A stretch of 64,000 nt of DNA, taken from Chiloscyllium plagiosum (Eukaryota). Positions 61,818 through 64,000 of this stretch are shown here, piece after piece. The notes beneath the pieces were generated by a model. The model worked only from the letters and a program-made list of their open reading frames with translations, was not told the origin of the DNA and ran no database searches. The stretch covers positions 64,361,794-64,425,793 of the forward strand of contig NC_057719.1 of NCBI RefSeq assembly GCF_004010195.1, read 5' to 3'. The position numbers and the translations under genes are program-made. Numbering within the stretch: position 1 is the first letter of the stretch; each line of letters starts with the position of its first letter.

Positions 61818-62507
61818 AGTGGAGTTGCAGGTCGATAGGATAGTAAAGAAGACATTTGATATGCTTTCCTTTATTGGTCAATGCGTTGAGTATAGAAGTT
61901 GGGAAGTCATGTTGCGGCCGTATGGGACATTGGTCAGGCCACTTTTGGAGTATTGCTTGCAATTCTGGTCTCCTTCCCATTGGAAAGATTTTGTGAAACT
62001 TGAAAGAGCTCAGAAAAGATTTCAAAGAATGTTGCCAGGGTTGGAGTGTTTGAGCTATAGGGAGAGGCTGAATAGGCTGGGGCTGTTTTCCCTGGAGTGC
62101 GGAGACTGAGGGGTGACCTTATCGAGGTTTATAAAATCATGAGGGGCATTGGTAGGATGAATAGACAAGGTCTTTTCCCTTGCGTGGGGGAGTCCAGAAC
62201 TAGAGGGCATAAGTTTAGGGTGAGAGGGGAAAGATATAGAAGGGAACTAAGGGGCAACGTTTTCATACAGGTGGTATGTGTTTAGAATGAGCTGCCAGAT
62301 GAAGTGGTGGAGACTGGTACAATTGCAACATTTAAAAACATTTAAAAGGCATCTGGATGGGTATATGAATAAGAAGGGTTTAGAGGGACATGGTCCAGGT
62401 GCTGGCAAATGGGATTCCATTAGGTTGGGATATCTGGTCAGCATGGACGGGTTGGACCAAAGGGTCTGTTTCCACGCTGTACATCTCTGTGACTCTATGA
62501 CTCTATC
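61818..62507 (+). mobile_element. CR1 3' fragment
   Basis: RPLLEYCLQFWSP; (GACTCTAT)n tail. Confidence 0.9.
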
Positions 62508-62554
62508 TCTAACTGCCCAGAGGGCAGTTAGAATTTAATTACATAGCTGTTATA

Positions 62555-62735
62555 AGTTAGCTCAGTTGGCTTTGACAGCTAGTTTGTAATACGGAGTGAC
62601 ACCAACCGCGTGAGGTTACCATGGAGGACTCTCCTTCTTAACCTCTCCCCTTGCCTGAGGTGTGGTGACCATCAGGTTCAACCCTTTAATGAGGGAGCAG
62701 CCCTATGGTCTGTTAGGACTGTGATGACGTTTACA
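62555..62735 (+). mobile_element. Decayed SINE-like element; second copy at ~63395-63610
   Basis: TAGCTCAGTTGG box A-like start; shared blocks TGACACCAAC, TTACCATG, GAGGT.TGGTG, TAATGAG...CCTATGG in both copies. Confidence 0.55.
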
Positions 62736-63527
62736 TAGTGTCTGAATGTGTATGATGTTACTTCTACAGTAATTACCTGCTCATTTGTTGTGTAGGTTTC
62801 CAAACTGCTAGAACATGGAGTGCTACAGTAAGGCTGACCTGCAATAGAGATGAAAAAAGCTGAAATGTCAATTGTTGGTAAAGCGATGTTAATGGTTAAT
62901 CAGTGTACAATATCAATTCCTCCTCCTCCTTATCGGAAGACAGTAACTCATTCAGTTACAACTTTACACATGCTGGCAGTAATACCTGCATCTGAACTGA
63001 GAGTTCTTCATGTATATGACCTAGCTGGTGAGATTTGAAATACTTTTGACTGCAGGACCATTACATTCAAGGGCACTGGTGAACCCACAATGTTCCCTTT
63101 TTCACAGACTATGCTGGAACAACAGGCACAGGGAGCTCAGCTTGATTATTTTTCTCTCTCTTCCTTGATTAGGAAATGGATGAGCTGGTTATCTGCCAGG
63201 CAGTAAAACCAGTAAAAGAGTGTAGTGTAGGGGATTCCAACTGTCACAAGGGACTTTTAGATTCCAAAAACAACACAGAGGGAACTTTTGCGAATTTGCC
63301 CTCAGCAGATGGTTTACCTGATTTAACAATGATTATGTTAGCTGCAATAACATGAGAAATTGGGTGTCAGTATTGTGGTATTGAAGATTCTTGGGAGTTG
63401 GCTGGACAGCTGGTCTGTGATATAAAATGACACCAACAGTGTGGATTCAATTACCATGAACCTCTCTCCATCTCAATCTCTCTCCTGAACCCGAGGTATG
63501 GTGGATCTCAGGCTAAACTCACTACCA

Positions 63528-63530
<3 letters not shown>

Positions 63531-63562
<32 letters not shown>
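63531..63562. repeat. (TC)n microsatellite
   Basis: About 15 TC units inside the second SINE copy. Confidence 0.95.
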
Positions 63563-63563
<1 letters not shown>

Positions 63564-63679
63564 ATGAGAGAACAGACCTATGGCCTGCTGGAGCTATGGT
63601 AACTTTACTTACTGTATTGAAGGAATCCAACAGATATTCATTACAACCAATTATTGTCATGATTCCAGTTGATGTTATT

Positions 63680-63797
63680 GCTTTTGCCCGAAACGTCGAT
63701 TTTGCTGCTCGTCGGATGCTGCCTGAATTGCTGTGCTCTTCCAGCACCACTGGTCCAGAATCTGGTTTCCAGCATCTGCAGTCATTGTTTTTACCTT
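63680..63797 (+). mobile_element. Family A1 element truncated within the hammerhead
   Basis: GCTTTTGCCCGAAACGTCG...CATCTGCAGTCATTGTTTTTACCTT; flanked by TTATT on both sides. Confidence 0.8.
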
Positions 63798-63799
63798 AT

Positions 63800-64000
63800 T
63801 ACTCGACATGTCAGTCATAGTTGAGCATGGCCTCCACTTCCTCTGGACTTGTTTGACTTTGAAAGGATTAAGCCCATAGGGATGTTGTTTTATCGGACCA
63901 GTATTCCCTACGTCTACTTCATGTACAATAGCATTAGTCCTCCCCATCTGATTCTTACACATGGCCTTGTACTGCAGTAACAAATCTTTCAACTGTGTTC
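63800..64000 (-). mobile_element. Gypsy LTR-retrotransposon pol fragment (protease-RT linker)
   Basis: GRTNAIVHEVDVGNTGPIKQHPYGLNPFKVKQVQ matches the H-x-I-D-x-G...PIKQxPYR motif preceding gypsy RT. Confidence 0.75.

Noticed and set aside
35500-64000. PIGH expected upstream of ARG2 by synteny
   Set aside because: No PIGH-like peptide recognised by eye; probably beyond the window (tBLASTn would settle it).

Overview
This is vertebrate nuclear DNA, most likely from a shark (inferred from HE1/V-SINE-type SINEs and very dense CR1-clade LINEs), and most ORF-track entries are transposon debris. Three host genes can be reconstructed from GT-AG splice sites. VTI1B is complete on the + strand (6 exons, 9604-18641, 225 aa). 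Mitochondrial arginase ARG2 is complete on the - strand (8 exons, 35243-19360, 355 aa) and lies tail-to-tail with VTI1B. The first coding exon of an RDH11/RDH12-type retinol dehydrogenase (- strand, 9230-9154) lies head-to-head with VTI1B across a 373-bp bidirectional promoter carrying a ZNF143/THAP11-type motif. The rest is CR1, RTE and Rex1/Babar LINEs, Penelope-like elements (PLEs), tRNA-derived SINEs, solo LTRs, a gypsy fragment, two minisatellites and two N gaps. The most striking unannotated signal is a population of short (90-260 bp) PLE-derived elements from three sequence families. Many carry a minimal hammerhead-ribozyme core (CTGANGA-stem II-GAAA), intact in some copies and decayed in others. 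Several are inserted as ~95-100 bp fold-back palindromes with 14-17 bp target duplications and junction microhomology. Their GIY-YIG-encoding parent elements are also in the window. Repeat boundaries were read by eye and are approximate; no searches were run.
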